In this document: piece after piece, positions 63,065 through 64,000 of the stretch
Layout of the letters: every line of letters starts with the position of its first letter
Position numbering within the stretch: position 1 is the first letter of the stretch
Source of the DNA: Mobula birostris
Taxonomy: Eukaryota
Assembly (NCBI RefSeq): GCF_030028105.1
Contig: NC_092397.1
Location: 30,223,097-30,287,096 of the forward strand
Length of the DNA: 64,000 nt
Direction of reading: 5' to 3'
Notes under the pieces: model-generated
The model's input: the letters and a program-made list of their open reading frames with translations, nothing else
Told to the model about the DNA's origin: nothing
Databases searched by the model: none
Made by a program: the position numbers and the translations under genes

Positions 63065-63339
63065 TTTCTCTGTGGGTGGGCTTTACAGTCGACCTCTGTC
63101 TCTCCATCAGTTCAGTTTCGTGTCCTGCACCGCTATGGCAAAGTATTTCAATAGAAGAAAACATAAAACTTACATCACTGCAGACTACATTAAAGTGTAC
63201 TCCTGCCTAATAGAGGTCAAAAATAACGACAGTGGTGCTCGCTGCCCTGTTTGCAACAATGACTTTTCTATTGCCCATGGTGGGTTATGACTGTAAAAGG
63301 CATGTTGAGGTGAGTTTAACAGGCGTCATTCATTCATTA

Positions 63340-63948
63340 GAAACATAGAAAATAGGTGCAGAAGTAGTCCATTCGGCCCTTCGAGCCTGCACCGCCATTC
63401 AGTATGATCATGGCTGATCATCCAACTCAGAACCCTGTACCTGCCTTCTCTCCATACCCCCTGATCCCTTTAGCCACAAAGGCCATATCTAACTCCCTCT
63501 TAAATATAGCTAATGAACTGACCTCAACTGTTTCCTGTGGCAGAGAATTCCACAGATTCACCACTCTCTGTGTGAAGAAGTTTTTCCTCATCTCGGTCCT
63601 AAAAGGCCTCCCCTTTATCCTCAAACTGTGACCCCTCATTCTGGACTTCCCCAACATCGGGAACAATCTTCCTGCATCTAGCCTGTCCAATCCCTTTAGA
63701 ATTTTATACGTTTCAATCAGATCCCCCCTCAATCTTCTAAATTCCAGAGGGTATAAGCCTAGCCGATCCAGTCTTTCATCATACGAAAGTCCTGCTATCC
63801 CAGGAATCAATCTGGTGAACCTTCTTTGTACTCCCTCCATGGCAAGAATGTCTTTCCTCAGATTAGGGGACCAAAACTGCACACAATACTCCAGGTGTGG
63901 TCTCACTAAGGCCTTGTACAACTGCAGTAGTACCTCCCTGCTCCTGTA
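63340..63948 (-). mobile_element. CR1 3' fragment, same subfamily as 49328-53389
   Basis: ORF 63427-63921 is nearly identical to 49415-50014. Confidence 0.93.
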
Positions 63949-64000
63949 GCATAACTAATGTTATTTAAACTAGCTGGCTAACTGCTAAAGAGCTACTCTA

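Larger units (their letters stand above)
61200..64000 (+). mobile_element. Probable hAT-type DNA transposon 5' part, split by Penelope and CR1 insertions
   Basis: 63135-63310 encodes MAKY..ARCPVCNNDFSIAHGG..CKRHVE (BED-like Zn finger) followed by a GTGAGT donor; flank is continuous across the TSD. Confidence 0.55.

Overview
Eukaryotic, repeat-dense vertebrate DNA. By inference from its repeat complement it is most likely a cartilaginous fish (ray or shark): abundant CR1 LINEs with SGNH-esterase ORF1, Rex1/Babar, Penelope-like, I/Nimb, Tc1 and hAT elements. The host genes form a decaying histone/tRNA/C2H2-zinc-finger cluster. It holds an intact H4 (36975-37286) and H2B (54927-55301), a stop-loss H2B whose stop codon lies beyond the histone stem-loop (41936-42370), H2A and H3 pseudogenes, orphan H4 and H2A promoters, and four variant or degenerate tRNA genes (iMet, Asn, Gly, Asp). 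A zinc-finger pseudogene has expanded as a frameshifted 83-bp minisatellite. The most notable hidden structure is a family of about 11 Penelope-derived inserts, many short, palindromic and TSD-flanked. Each carries an intact or decayed minimal type I hammerhead ribozyme with an extra A between A9 and stem II. A large 5'-truncated RT/GIY-YIG parent copy lies at 61369-63064. Most six-frame ORFs are TE fragments or antisense shadows. TE boundaries were read by eye and are approximate.
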